Positions 27,920 to 42,099 of a stretch of 64,000 nt of DNA are shown here, piece by piece. Positions within the stretch are counted from its first letter, which is position 1. Every line of letters starts with the position of its first letter. The DNA lies in the NCBI RefSeq assembly GCF_009914755.1, contig NC_060929.1. One strand, written 5' to 3'. The position numbers and the translations under genes are program-made. The notes beneath the pieces are model-generated. The model saw only the letters and a list, made by a program, of their open reading frames with translations, was not told where the DNA came from and searched no databases. The stretch is from the human T2T-CHM13v2.0 reference genome, Homo sapiens.

Positions 27920-28510
27920 ATAATGTTTACTTTTTAGAATAGTTTTAGATTTATGGATAAATTGTACATAGTACAGAGAGTTCTTGTCTATCACCTCTTC
28001 TCCCGCCAACACCTGCGCAGCCTCCCCTTTTAACATCACACATTAATGCTGTTCATTTGTTACAATTAGTAAACCAATGTTGACACTATATGATTGACTA
28101 AAGCTCATAGTTTATATTATTAACTAAAGCTCATAGTTTACTCAGACTTCCTTAGTTTTTACCTAACGTTCTCTTTCTGTTCCAGGACCCTATGCAGGTC
28201 ATCATATCGCATTTCATCATCAACATTTCGTCGTTATGTCTCCTCAGGTTCCTCTTGGCTGTGATAGTTTCCCCCAGACTTTCTTTACTTCTGATGACCT
28301 TGACAGTTTGGTAAGTTCTGGTCAGGCACTTTGTAGGATGCCCCTCTATTGGTATTTGCCTGATATTTTTCTGGTAATTTGACTGGGGTTTTTGAGAAAA
28401 AGATCACAGAGGTAAAGTGCCACTTTCATCACGTCTTATTAAGAGTACATGCTGTCAGTGTGATTGGTGATGCTGATATTGACCTTGGTCACCTGACTGA
28501 AGCAGTGCTT
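27920..28510 (-). mobile_element. L1MC/MD 3' end
   Basis: ttttagaatagttttagattta...tagtacagagagttc; ttgtaggatgcccctctattgg; tcacagaggtaaagtgcc. Confidence 0.8.
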
Positions 28511-29157
28511 TGGTGTAATTTTGAGACCCAGGCCGAAGTAACTTAGTGGGGGGCAGAGTGTGTTGGTCTTTGCTCAGGATCCTACAAAGCCTTCCAGTCA
28601 GCTTCATGGTGGTTCCCTAAGCAGCATCCACCCCTACACCACGGGCCACCAACACCACTCCCTCCACAGGGCTCCAAGCAGCAGGACCAGGTCCACTGTC
28701 TCCATAACTGGGATTAAGGAGGATCTTCCCTGTCTGACCCTCGAGTCCCCTCTCATGATTCTCTTTTTTTCCCTTAATTACCACAGACATTCCAGGCTAG
28801 ACATTCAGGTTAAGAAGGCAGTGATGAGGTCTTCCGCTGTTCTTTATTCCAGAACCTAAGGACTGTCACTGAACTCCAGGCAGGTTGCCTGGGCTGGGGC
28901 CTAGAACTGCTTTACCTCCATATGGCCACTTTTATTATTTTGTGCTAATTAAAACATCTGATGGGCAGGTACAGGCATCTCTGGTGGTGACTACAACCTA
29001 GAAATGTGAAGACACTTTCACCTAATATGCGTACCAGGTTGGAAAGATGAAGTCCTGAAACCAGGTGGTGCTTGGCTTTGAGAAGGTGGGCTCTGTTTCT
29101 CAGGAATCATACACTGGCAGCCCAAGGGTCCTCAGATCAAATCCAGCCCATAGGTAG

Positions 29158-30630
<1,473 letters not shown>

Positions 30631-30634
30631 TACT

Positions 30635-30945
30635 AATTTTTAAAGTTTTGAATTCGTTGCCAATATTTAAAAGTTAGAAAATTTCCTATGAAAATCTGAT
30701 TTCTAACTTTTCCTTAAAACCTCAAAGATCTGACAACACGGGCTGCACCTTCCTGCATGGCAGCACTTGGCTGGAAGGGTCATGGCTACAGCCTGTATAA
30801 GGTGCATGCTCTCTGCTGTGCCTCTTTCCCTACTGCTTCAAGTCATTGAGCTCAGTGTCACTTCCCTTGCTTGGCCTTTCCTTACACCGGGCCCTCTTAA
30901 TTCATTTATGTCACTGTCAGGCTTCTGGAAGCATTTGAATTTGAG
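30635..30945. mobile_element. MER102-like remainder (left end at about 29110-29160, split by Alu and L1MB)
   Basis: tttgaattcgttgccaatatttaaaa...aaaatctgatttct...aagatctgacaacac...gcatttgaatttg. Confidence 0.6.
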
Positions 30946-31027
30946 TGTTATGTCTTCTTGTTTCAGATGTCAAGTATATTCATTGTCACAAACACAAAAT
31001 CCTTGAGAGGGAAAATAAGTCAACTTG

Positions 31028-31235
31028 CTTATTCAGCATTTACCAGGCTCCAGGCACCTAATATGTTGGATATATTCAATTCCCACATCGCCCTTCACAA
31101 AGGAGGCATTATTACTTCCATTCCATACCCGAGGAAACAGGCTCAGAGAGGGGAAGTCATATCTTCAAGGTCACACACCTAGGAAGTGGTGGAACAAGGA
31201 TTTATATCCAATTCCGACTCCCAAACCCCTGTTGA
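31028..31235 (-). mobile_element. MIR SINE
   Basis: gaggaaacaggctcagagagggg...caaggtcacaca. Confidence 0.8.
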
Positions 31236-32235
31236 TTCCTCTAAGCCAAGTGGTTTCCCTGGAAGGCAGGCAACCTGGATTTTCCCAATGGAAGAGCTTT
31301 GACCCAAAATCAGGGTGCCCCCTGCCAGCCAGTGCTTTCTGTGGCTTGGTTGCTCATCACCATCTTCTGGAAACCATCACCTGGGCTTCACCCTCCACCC
31401 AGGGCTCCGATAAGAGTTGTCATATTAGTACAATGTGACCCGACCTCTTGAACCTGCTCTTTGGCATACAATGAGCAAGTGACCCACACCAGGCCAATTC
31501 CAATTGTTCCCCATGGATCTGACATTTGGAACTGAACTGGTAGTTGCTGGAACTACTGAGCCTGGTTGTTGTTGGAGGTGAATCCCATAAAGGGCGATGC
31601 TATAAGGAAAAGGTTCTGTGAACCCCAAGCATGGAAGACCTGTGGCCACTGGGGTCCTTCTTTTCTGTGACTCATTGTTCTGTGCGTCTTTGAATTCTAT
31701 GAGAGCTCTTGAATACCCTTCCCAACAACAATTATTTTTAGAAAATCTACTTACAACCAAAATCATGTAACTCATTCACCTCACCATCAAATCATCTATG
31801 AATCAGGCTCTTAGATATAGGAATCAAGATGAAACAGGCCAAGGACACTAAAAGGATGACCTAGAAACAGGCTTATTGTCACCCACTCTGTTATGTTATT
31901 GGAGCAGCACCTTCTCTTCTGTTTTCAGCTTCCCTGGGGATTTTCTATTTAGACTGATAAGGGGGTGAAGTTGGGAATCCTGAGCCCTAATATTGACAGT
32001 GGCCATGATCTTATTGTGACAAGGGAAAAAAGGCCAGCCCTAAGAAGAAGAGGCAAAGATATGATATATAGAGAAAGACTCTTTGCAGTGCTTGAGGCCG
32101 TCCCTGTGTTTGATGATAGGTGCTCATCAGTTCCCCCTTTGCCTGAACCTACGTTTTCTCACTTGGCCCCATGAGCCTTCTAATGAATACAGACACTTCT
32201 GGCAAGGTTGCTCCTGACTGTGGGCTATTTCTGCC

Positions 32236-32533
32236 TTTCTTTTTTCTTTTCCTTTTTTTTTTTTTTTTTTTTGAGACAGGGTCTCTGTCTCCCAGGCTGG
32301 AGTACAGTGGCACAATCACCTCCCAAGGCTCAGGAGATCCTCCAGCCTCAGCCCCGTGAAGTAGCTGGGACCACATGCATGTGCCACCATGCCCAGCTAA
32401 TCTTTGCATTTTTAGTAGAGACGGGGTTTCACCATGTTGCCTAGGCTGGTCTTGAACTCCTGAGCTCAAGCAATCCGTTCACCTCAGCCTCCCAAAGTGC
32501 TGGGATTATAGGCATGAGCCACCGTGCCCAGCC
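32236..32533 (-). mobile_element. AluJ
   Basis: gagacagggtctctg, ggctcaggagatcctcc, ctcctgagctcaagcaatcc are J-type. Confidence 0.92.
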
Positions 32534-32854
32534 AAGTGCAGTCTATTTCTTACAACTACAGGACTTGGCACACAGTGGACACTTAATAAAGGTTTGTTGA
32601 GTGACTGGATCAATGAGCAGAATACAGTTGGCAACTTCCTGCTCCTGGTGATTGGCACCACTGGACTGACTGGGGTTAGGAAGACTGGTGAAGAATGGGC
32701 AGAGAAGACCAAGGACTTCAGAAAACTTCCTCATCCCAGACTCCTCTGAAGTTAGACGAGGCCCCCACAGTCCCACCCATCATGGTCACAGTGAGCACCA
32801 GCAGAGACAGCTGCTGCGGGATGCTACCGTGGTCATTCCTGGGGGTGGGTCATG

Positions 32855-32940
32855 GTTGGACTTGCCTTTGTATCACACCTCTTGGCCAGAACCTGGCACA
32901 GTGCCTGGCACATAGTAGGTGCTCAATAGAGAGTAATGAG
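32855..32940 (+). mobile_element. L2 3' terminus
   Basis: cctggcacagtgcctggcacatagtaggtgctcaata. Confidence 0.8.
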
Positions 32941-33524
32941 GGCAAGAACCAGTGAGTGATCATCCATGGAATTAGCACCTCTGTGTGCCAAGCATAGCCG
33001 TGCCTATGAAGGAGGGAGAAGATCCCATGTTTACCCTTCAGTTGAGGAGAGAAAATTAATAACCCAGTAACTGTAAACTAATAATGAAGGATTAAAGTGC
33101 AGTGGCTAATGGCACAATCAGACGCTGATCCATTGCTTCAACAGATATCCTTAGAGAACCTACTTTGTTCTAGGTCTGATGTTGGACACTGGGGATTCAG
33201 ATATGAGTAAGATACAGTCGGGGTAACTGAGGTCTGAGGGGGAGTGTCACAAAAAATTCACTCCTTCAGAAATATCCACTGAATTCGTACTATGTGTCAG
33301 GCGTGATGCCAGGGGCTGGCACGACGTGGTGCCCCACAGAGGCAGGGAGCTGGGTCTCCTGCTGAGGCTACGCCATCCTTTATAGTCTCAGGGACGTCTT
33401 TCCCTGTCCAGGCCTCCGTTTGTAGACCTGTCAAGTCAAGTGACAAGATCAAATGGCCAATGGGCTCTTTCACTTCTGACAGCTAAGGCTAACCCTGTAG
33501 GTAAAGTCCAGCTGAAACCGAATC

Positions 33525-33670
33525 CCGCCACTCTTTAATTTCCTCATCTGTGAAATGGCCTTGTCACAAACAGCACCTACTTCACAGGGTGCTTGTGATG
33601 ATTAAATGAAAGAATAGATGTAAATTACTAAGTATGTGCCTGGCATCCTCTCAATGCTGTCTGTTCAACA
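33525..33670 (+). mobile_element. MIR SINE
   Basis: tttcctcatctgtgaaatgg...cacctacttcacaggg...gattaaatga. Confidence 0.8.
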
Positions 33671-33929
33671 AGCTCCTCATTCTTGCTACTGTGATTCTAT
33701 CTGACACCTGCCGCGTGCCCTTCCTTGTGCCAGACACTAAGCCTGGCTCTGTGGAAAGAGCATAAAAGACCCTCCAGGGTACACCCTCCAGGAGTGCTGC
33801 ATGGAGTGGGTTGAAGGAGGGAATTCACCCAGGGTGGTAGGGTGGGCCTGGAAGCCTCTGAGCTGAGCCGCTCAGGAGAGAGGAGGAGGGGTCACTGGGG
33901 TTGGGGGACAGGATTGGGGATCAGAGGAA

Positions 33930-34600
33930 GCCTCCCAGCGGGGGAGGGGCAGGGCCTGCGCCCTTCCCCTCCGGGAGCCCCCGGTGGCTAGATCTGGTCT
34001 GGGCGCAACCCCTGACTGAGGCTGCGCTGGGAGTGCCGAAAGGTGGCCTTGTGGGTAAGTCCTTCCAGCTGCATCCAGGTAATCCCGGCCTTCGAGCGGG
34101 AGAGATGATACCCCCCGAGGGCCGGGCCTGGTCCGGCTCAGGATGCGTGCCCTGTGAAAATGCTCAGCAGCCCTCGCCTTTAGGAGTGCTCAGGTCCAGC
34201 ATGAATCATTCCTTTTTGAACTTGTCTAAATGTGTTTATAAAATAAAGCTGCGGCCCAGGGCTGCTCCTGGCGGAGCGGGAAGGTAATATGTTTTTAATT
34301 GGAGAGATTGGGGGAAGGAGGCAGCGGGCCAGGGTGAGCTCACCCCGCATGAATGCGGCTGGGCGGAGAACAATGTACGTTCACATTCTTTGACTACAAC
34401 GGGCCTCCGCAGGACCTGGCTCGGTGGGCAATTCTCCGGCCTCGGGGCGGGCGTCCGGGCCCGCGCCGTCTGAGGTTAGCGGGAGCGCGTACCCTGGGAG
34501 GTGGCCAGAAGCCCTACATTGAAATATCACAGTGGGTCAGAGCAGGGGTCGCAAACTCCAGTGCACCCAGGAACCGCGCAGTATCTCAAACCCACGGACA
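33930..34600. promoter_or_regulatory. Small CpG island; candidate promoter or enhancer
   Basis: The only non-Alu CpG-dense, GC-rich block in the window (for example ctcggggcgggcgtccgggcccgcgccg at 34442-34469); GC boxes. Confidence 0.65.
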
Positions 34601-34845
34601 CCCAGTGTAGACCTGGAGAACTGGAAATGCGTGGCCTCTGCAAAGGGGACAGGCACCAGTGGACTCCACCAGCCCCGTCACCAGATTGAATGTTTCTCAA
34701 GAAAAACCAGAAATCATATCTGGATGTAAAAGCTCCTCTTTTTAAACGTTGTCTTTATTTAATTTTATCCTATTTTCTTACTTATTTTTGGTTATGTGGG
34801 CCAAATAAAACAGATGCCTAGGCCGTATTTAGCCCTGCAGCTGTC
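34544..34845. mobile_element. MER102-like, opposite orientation to the other copies
   Basis: caggggtcgcaaactc start; tttctcaagaaaaaccagaaatc...tttttaaacgttg; gggccaaataaaaca. Confidence 0.6.
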
Positions 34846-34864
34846 CCCTCTTTTAGATCTTGGG

Positions 34865-35175
34865 AGTGGACCTCATGCTGTCTTTTACCAGCTACCAGGA
34901 CTTTAGGCAAGTTACTTCACTTCTCTGAGCTTTGGTCTCTTCAACTAGAAATCTGATAGATTAATGCTACTTTTCCTGACTTTTCAAATGCTTTCTATGT
35001 TGAGGATAAAGAGAGGAAAGAAGATAATTGTAATATTCATTGGGCATCTGCTATGTGCCGCGCATGGTGTTAAGCAATTTACGTATTTTGTTGTTGTGAT
35101 GTTTTGTTTTGTTTTTTAATCATCATTATTCTGTAATCTAGGTATTATTCCCATTTTGCAGATTAAGAAATACAA
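34865..35175. mobile_element. Two MIR fragments, tail to tail
   Basis: Sense ggcaagttacttcacttctctgagc, then antisense tgctatgtgccgcgc...attcccattttgcagat. Confidence 0.75.
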
Positions 35176-35469
35176 TCTTAAAAAGCTGAAGCTGGAATGT
35201 GAACCAGTATTTCCAACTTTAAGCTGAAATCATCTGAATTTAAAGAACACATCGTGGTAAGAATGGGGAAATGGAGTCAAGAGTTAACTGGCTGACTTAA
35301 TGTCACAAAGCCATGCCCAGTGAAGGCAGTAGCCATTTTGGGTCCTAGCTCAGGAATGATTCAAGTAGCAATAGCGTTTTGCAAAGTAAAACAGGCAGAG
35401 CTCTCAAGGTTAAATCAAGGGTATAATGGAGTAGGTACCCCCCTGCACTGCTCCAGTTACAGCCCTTCC

Positions 35470-35935
35470 AAAGGACGACGTAGCAGTATGTGTTAAAAGA
35501 TTCATATTCTCTAAAAGATTCATCCACTTTCACCCAGTAATTCCTCCTGAAGGAATCAATCCTAGAGAAATAAAAGAGCTGTGGGCAAGCATTTGTAAAA
35601 AAAACTAATGCTCAGAAAATCGAACATTCATTATAAAGGAAGAGTTAAATAAGGTAGGTAATGTCCATACCCAGGAATATTATGTAGCCTTGAAAGAATG
35701 TGCAATAACGGGAGGAAATGCTCATGACATAATGTTAAGGAAAAAAAGTAGAATGCAAAATTAGGTAAACATGTGTATGATAATCAAAGAAATGTAAAGA
35801 AAGAAGATGGGAAGGAAATTCACCCCAATGTTAATTCTCTACGTGGTGGAATTTTAATTTAATTTTCTTCATCCTTGTTGAAATTTTTTTAGATTTTCTC
35901 TAATGAGCATATTACATTTTACAATCTGAAATATA
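35470..35935 (+). mobile_element. L1ME (ME4-like) 3' region
   Basis: ttcacccagtaattcc...atcctagagaaa; ggaatattatgtagcc; aaatgctcatgacataatgttaag. Confidence 0.7.
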
Positions 35936-37841
35936 TATATTTTCAGGATGTTACAGGCCTCATCTCATCCAGTTTGGGAAGTGGATGGGTCTCAAGCCAA
36001 GTATCACATTTATTTAAAAAACAAAAGCCCAGAGAGAAACTCTAGAGAGAAAAATACCACAGTGTAAAGTGGTTATTACTGGATGATTGGATTATGGGTG
36101 ATTTTTTCCTACTTCTTTATATTTCTATGTGTTTTTCAAACTTTCTACATCAAGATTTCTTTGAAATTGGCAAACAAACAGACAAATCATAAAATACTCT
36201 CTTGCATTTCCAACTGTTCCAGGCAGGGAGATATTCTTGGCAGTAGAGCTATACCAGAATCCAGGTTTTTCTCACACATTGCTCTATCCTCACTCTGGTC
36301 TTTGTACTTGTACCCACCCCCACCCCCGCCACCCAGCTACCATGATGATAGATGCTGAAGGGTTTAATATACTTAAATTGGTTTAAAGCTAAGGAACTGT
36401 GAAATTAGGGTTCTTTTGTAGTTTATGGAGGAATGGCTTGGCCCAGACTATTCTTGCAACCTGTTTTTGACCACTTTGCCAAGCTAAAAGTACCTATTGC
36501 TTATCCTATTAATTGAGCCAAGGCCGTGTAATCAGGGCCTTGCTGGCCTAGAAGGCACATTTATTTCCCGGACATGGCACTATGATCTGAGCCGCGTGGT
36601 CACTTCCTATACCCAACCTTTCACGGAGCTGGTCACTCTTCTGGCTTGGAAAACCATAAGGTCTCCAAGTGACCTTACTAAGAGTCAAGATACCTGGGTC
36701 CTTGTGGGGTTTACCACCTGATGGTGCTTCACTCCTGACCAAGTCATCATGTTACATGTACCCCCGCCTTTATTTCCTGAGACCCCTCCCTCCCAGGCTG
36801 TGTAGCCCAGAGACCGGGAACTGAATCCTCTGTGAACCTGAGCTCACTTCTGCACTTCCCTCAGCCTTCATTCTTCCCTCACCTATAGAAGGGGAGTAGA
36901 ACACCAACATGGGCCTTTGGGTACAAAATAGATTGTCTTCCTTCTTCCCTCTCTAGCATCCTCTTTCCTTCCTAATTTAGGAGCTTTTTCTAGTCTGCTT
37001 CTAAATATGCACCTTGGCCAATCTCGGCACGTCACCAAATCCTCGTGGTGGGCTTTCCTCATAGTACCAATGTGGGAAGTGCCTAACAGAATGCAGAGAT
37101 GGCTCTTAACCGGGTCAGGTGCCTGGCGTGCCTGGGTTCTGTTTTAGGTGATCCTCACCATGGCTCGTTCTGCAAAGCAGGGGTCAGTCAGTAGTCCCAT
37201 TTTACAGGACACTGAGGTGCAAAGAGGCACTGTACCATGCCAGCAGGTCTCTCGGTGGGGAGTCAGTGTTTACTCACATTTTCCCACCTCCTTTCTGCTC
37301 AGTCTTTTCTTTTTCCCTTCACTGGGTAGTCTTCCAAGTTCACAGAAATGAAAATCTTCCTAAAACAGGAAGGCAAATAAATGAGAATCCCCCTTCTGAC
37401 CCAAATCACTAGCAATCACCCATGTATTTAGATTCACATGAGCTCCTGACTCTGGAACCTGGAGCTAATTCCCCTAAAAGTCAGTTCATGTAAACTTCTT
37501 GTTTACCAAGGTGACAATGGTAATTACCAAGGTGACAAGGGGAAAAGACTAGAATGTTTATACGACTGTTGACGAGATCTGTTTAAATCTAGAAGCATCA
37601 GAAAATATCACAATGGGATGGTGTCAACCTCTTTTGGGAGTTTCTGGACCCTCTTCAGTATCTTTTTCTACTTTGGGGGCTCTTGAACATTTCAAAGTTG
37701 CTTTAAAAAAAGTGAATTCATCTAATGTCATTCTACCTTAATTTCAAGAAAACAAGCATGGTTTAAGTTAATAGCTAGAAGGCAAGGTCATGAATAAGCA
37801 AAGAAAGTGAGGTGCGCAAAGAAAAAAAATAATAATCACCC

Positions 37842-37995
37842 CAGTGTGTGACCTTGAGCAAGTCACTTAAGCCTTAGTTTTCCTTCTCTGTAAAATAGGG
37901 GTAATGATTTCTATCCCATGAGGATGTCTGATGGCTAATTTCAGTGACACAATTTGTGCAAAACAAAGAGAACTCTACTACATGGTAAATGTTCT
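37842..37995 (+). mobile_element. MIR SINE
   Basis: tgtgtgaccttgagcaagtcacttaagccttagttttccttctctgtaaaatagggg. Confidence 0.85.
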
Positions 37996-38149
37996 ATTCT
38001 GCACAACAACAATAATAATCTCTTCAATTGGGGGAAAATGATCACAGCCTTATACTTTTTGTCACTTATAATATCTTTGCTTCTTTGGGGCCTGGAGAAG
38101 AAAAAGCAGCTCAGGATGGGGTAGAAGGGGGTGTAAATGACTTCTTGCA

Positions 38150-38915
38150 ACTTATAAACCTGCAGTTAGACCCTTCCATGCCATACTATGCACTGAAATG
38201 CATTCCAGGTGCACTAAAGAACTGAATGTTTTAAAAAATCAAACCACAGAGGGGAAAAGACATGAATATTTATCAGACCTCTGGGAAGGTCTGGTTAAAT
38301 CTACAAGCATCAGAAAAGATCACAAAGGAAGAGATGGACAGAATTGGCAGCAGGAATATTCAGCACATCTGTACATAGAAAAGACAGGAAAATGCATGCA
38401 GCAAAAATGACAGGCAAAGGCATCATATCTTTATTAGATAAAGAGCTTTTACTATCTGTATGTATATATGTATGTGAAGCCATAAGAAAGTTATTCAGAC
38501 CCTACTAGATAAATGAATAAGGAATTCAAGTAGATAATTCACAAAGGAAGAATATATTTGGGGGAGAAAATGAGAGAAGGCAATCTCATTAGCAACCAAA
38601 GAAATAAGTTACCACTTTTCTACCATCAAATAGCACTGACTTTTTAAATAATAATGTTAGCTGTTAAAGAAGGCGAAGTGAAACAGGCATATGCATACAT
38701 GGTAGTAGAAAGGTAAATTGGTTTGACCCTTTTGGAAAAAAAAGTCATAACATCAAGTGTTATGAAAAAAAGTTGTCTAGTATATGGTTTGGGGAAAACT
38801 AGAGAAAACTAAAACTAGATCCCTATGTTAAAGTATGTACAAAGGTGGACTCCAAGGGGACTAAACATCTAAACATGAAAGGTAAAAGTAAAAAGTCAAT
38901 TGCAGAAAACGATAG
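38150..38915 (+). mobile_element. L1ME fragments (ORF2 3' region)
   Basis: A-rich sense L1: ttagacccttcc, ataattcacaaaggaagaa, gtaaattggtttgacccttttggaa. Confidence 0.6.
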
Positions 38916-38924
38916 GAGATATTC

Positions 38925-39058
38925 TCCCTCTGACACATATGAGCTGTGTCACCTTGGGCAGGACGTTTCACCTCTCTGAGCCTCGGCTTTCTCATCTTAA
39001 AATGGGAATTTTAACACCTACCTTACAAGATAATGTCTATAAAGCGCCTGGCACCTGC
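38925..39058 (+). mobile_element. MIR SINE
   Basis: agctgtgtcaccttgggcag...cctctctgagcctcggc...aaagcgcctggcac. Confidence 0.85.
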
Positions 39059-39269
39059 TTTGACAGAGAGGGCTTTCCTCCTGGGTGCACAGCTGGGTCA
39101 GCCTTCCTGGCCTCTCCTGTGTTGGTATGGCGATGTGAGTGAGTACTCTGGCCACTGGAGAGTGGGGACAAGTGATGGGTGTACTTCCAGGGGTCACCCT
39201 GCAAGGCCTCCCATGCGTAATTCCATATCCTCTTCTCCATCTATTGGTTGATTAGAGAGGATTTAGGAC

Positions 39270-39448
39270 TATGGAAGAGGGAGGAACAACAAGATGGAAG
39301 GAGCCTGGGTCACTGAATCCCTACTTGGAAGTCTGCTTGGCCAAGAAACCCTGATTAGACTATGTGATAAGATACAAACTTCTGTTGGGTGAAGCCACTG
39401 ATTTGGAGATTGTCTATTACAACAGCTAACAATACCTACCCTAAGTAA
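39270..39448 (+). mobile_element. MaLR LTR 3' part (MLT1I/J-like)
   Basis: caagatggaaggagcctgggtcactga...aagccactgatttgg...acagcta...taccctaa. Confidence 0.75.
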
Positions 39449-40063
39449 CAGTGCCCAGTAATTATTCTGCAATTTGACCAACAAATTCCCGTATTGGGAA
39501 TCTAATCATTGGGGTTCATTAAATGTAGTTTCTGATGAAGCCCTTGGTGGGTGGCAGTGGGATTTCTTAATCCAGTCACTAATCAAAACTGCACACTGCA
39601 ACATTTCCAGAGAAGTGGCTAATAGAAAAATAGATTCTGTTAGTTGATTTCAGGTTTCTTTCTAAATTGTTAATGTTGGGTTTTGCACACTCTGAGATTG
39701 GGATTGACTAGAATGCTTTGACTAGACTAGACAAGCACTCAAGAAATTTTCAAAGGATAAACCAAACCAAAACAAAAGTAGGAAAGGGGAAATATGGAAG
39801 TAATCAGGTTGTCTGTATCAGCTGATAATAGTCTGTCCCTGGGCACACAGCCAGAAAATTTGAACCCTGGCCAGCAACTCACACACTCCAGGTGATCTGC
39901 CAAAACAGAGGGCTGTGATGACTGGCCTAGGAGCAGGGAGCCTGCAGCTCACAGGGGTACTGAGATGCAAATAACTGCTCTGGCCATGCAAAGGAATATT
40001 TAGGGCAGTATTTACATAGTGCAAAACTTCTGAAGAAACGAAATGTCTGTGGCAGATGCTGCT

Positions 40064-40520
40064 GGTTCTCTACCCAACAGCCATTTCCCCTTCTTCCTTA
40101 GAAAACGTATCCCAATTTCATTCTGGCCTCAAAGGTTGACTCGTGATTGTTCTAAGCTAGTCTTTGTCTTTCCATTCCCCCTTGTCAGTGATTGGTCTAG
40201 GACTGAATGTGTGATCTACTTCTGGCCACCAAGATGTTAGGGAAGATTTGCTAGGGCCTTTTGGGAGAGATAAAAGACAGAGGGAGATGGAAAGTGGCCT
40301 TTCCTCCCACAACCCCCTTTCCTTTTCACTTTGGACTTTGTGGATGAAGATGTGATTCCTGGAGCTGCTGCAACCATCTTGTCACCATGAGGGTAAGGCC
40401 AAAGAGACTCATAGAGACACCAATCCAAACTTACTAAGCCTCTGAGCCAACCTGGGAGTTTGTTATATGAAATAATTATGCCTGTACTATTTGCTTTTTT
40501 TCAGGGGTTTTGCTGTAGGT
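40064..40520 (+). mobile_element. MaLR LTR (MLT1K/L-like)
   Basis: tgtggcagatgctgctggt...tacccaac; gatgtgattcctggagctgctgcaaccatcttgtcaccatga. Confidence 0.75.
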
Positions 40521-41429
40521 TTATCCAGTAGTGCTGTCAGGGTTAAGTTGATAGAAGAATCTTTGATGAAACTTGACTGATTTTCCTGGAGTTACCTAGA
40601 CATGGTTCCTGACTCTCACCTGGAGATGTCTAAAGGCAAAAGCCTGGTTAGTTTGCCTGTGAGGACTAATGAAAGAGTGGGTGCTGCTGTGGGAGTAACT
40701 TGCCCATCCAGAGTTTCGTGGGGCAAAGAAACGTTGACTTTTCCCATGGGCTAAGTGAACGCCATGAGACTAGCTAGGCTAGAGCCTTCTGGAAAGGACC
40801 TCTCCTAAAAGAAAGGCCTTCCAGGGCAAAAGGACCCCAGCAGGAGGTCTCTGTGGGGTGCATATCACAAAAGCGTAGGAGCTGGGGACATTGTATGTTG
40901 CCAGCCAGGGACTGTCTCTTAAGAGAAAAAATGGGAGTTTCAAGGTCCCCATCAGGAGGTCCCTGAAGAAGCTATAAAAGAGAGATGCAGCATTTGCTCA
41001 ATGGCTGACCAGAGTATGGAGAACCAATCCTCTATTGCCCAACACCAAAGTAGGCTGGAACATGTACTTAGCGGACTTCAGACATTACAGGGCATTCGGC
41101 CTGTGGGGCTCTTTACTGCTTCTCCCGTTGCAACCCAGTGCTGAAGGAGCCACAACAAACATAGGGAGTGGAGGAGGTATGGAGGGGCAAGGGCCATGGG
41201 GTCATGAAAGAACGGACATGCTCACGTGATATCCACCATTGTCTCTTGGCTCCATACCTACCTTCTAGCGTTCGCCCTGCAAAATGGGGTCTGGGAGTCT
41301 ATAAGCTAAAATTCTTAGCATTAAAAGATGCTTTCTGAGTTGACTTCCTTTCAGATTCTGTCAATAAGAGGCCCTAGTACGAGATCAGAAGGTAGGAGGA
41401 GGGGACAGAGGAGTGAACAAACCATTGTT

Positions 41430-41783
41430 TGTTCTCTCTCTATCTCTCTCTTTCCTTCTTCTGGCAGTGTCTCTGCAGGTGGTTGCATCTCTTCCAAGCC
41501 CCTAGCTTCTGAGCACCAGCTCCTCCCCAGTGGCCCCAGCTCTGAAGATGACAAAAATTCTTCCAAGCTTGTAGAATTTAATAACAACACCTTCTCTCTC
41601 CCCACTCCATGGCCCTAGGGGTGGCAGCTGCTTCCTGCAGTTATTGATCTCTGTTGCTGTGCCTTCCCCCTTTTTGCTCCTCCATCTTCTAACACCCATT
41701 TAATCAATTTCCTGTATTCAGCCCCCTTTGTTGGAAATACCTGGCATGATTTCTGTCTTCCTCATTGAACTCTGATTGATACA
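41430..41783 (+). mobile_element. ERVL LTR 3' part (LTR33/LTR67-like)
   Basis: ccctaggggtggcagctgcttcctgcagtt; ends tttctgtcttcct...ctctgattgataca. Confidence 0.6.
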
Positions 41784-42099
41784 TCTCTCTTCTTAAGGGC
41801 TGATCTGAAGAATTTTCAGGTGAGGCTAGACTGAGGAGAGGAAAGAACTTTTCAATTGGATGAGAAAATCAGTTTTAATATTAGATGTGGCTGAGTTTTT
41901 AATAGCTGATAATGATATGTTCTAATGCCTGAAAGCGATTGGGAAACCCAAGATATCATCTAGAGGCAGGGGAGGGAGATGGAACAGAGCAGGTTTAAAT
42001 GGAAATAGTGACAAAGAATAAAGCCATTTCCTTCCCTGTGAGGTCTGACTGTATCAGAAACCAGTCACACCATGAAATAAGATAAAAAAGCATTACAAT

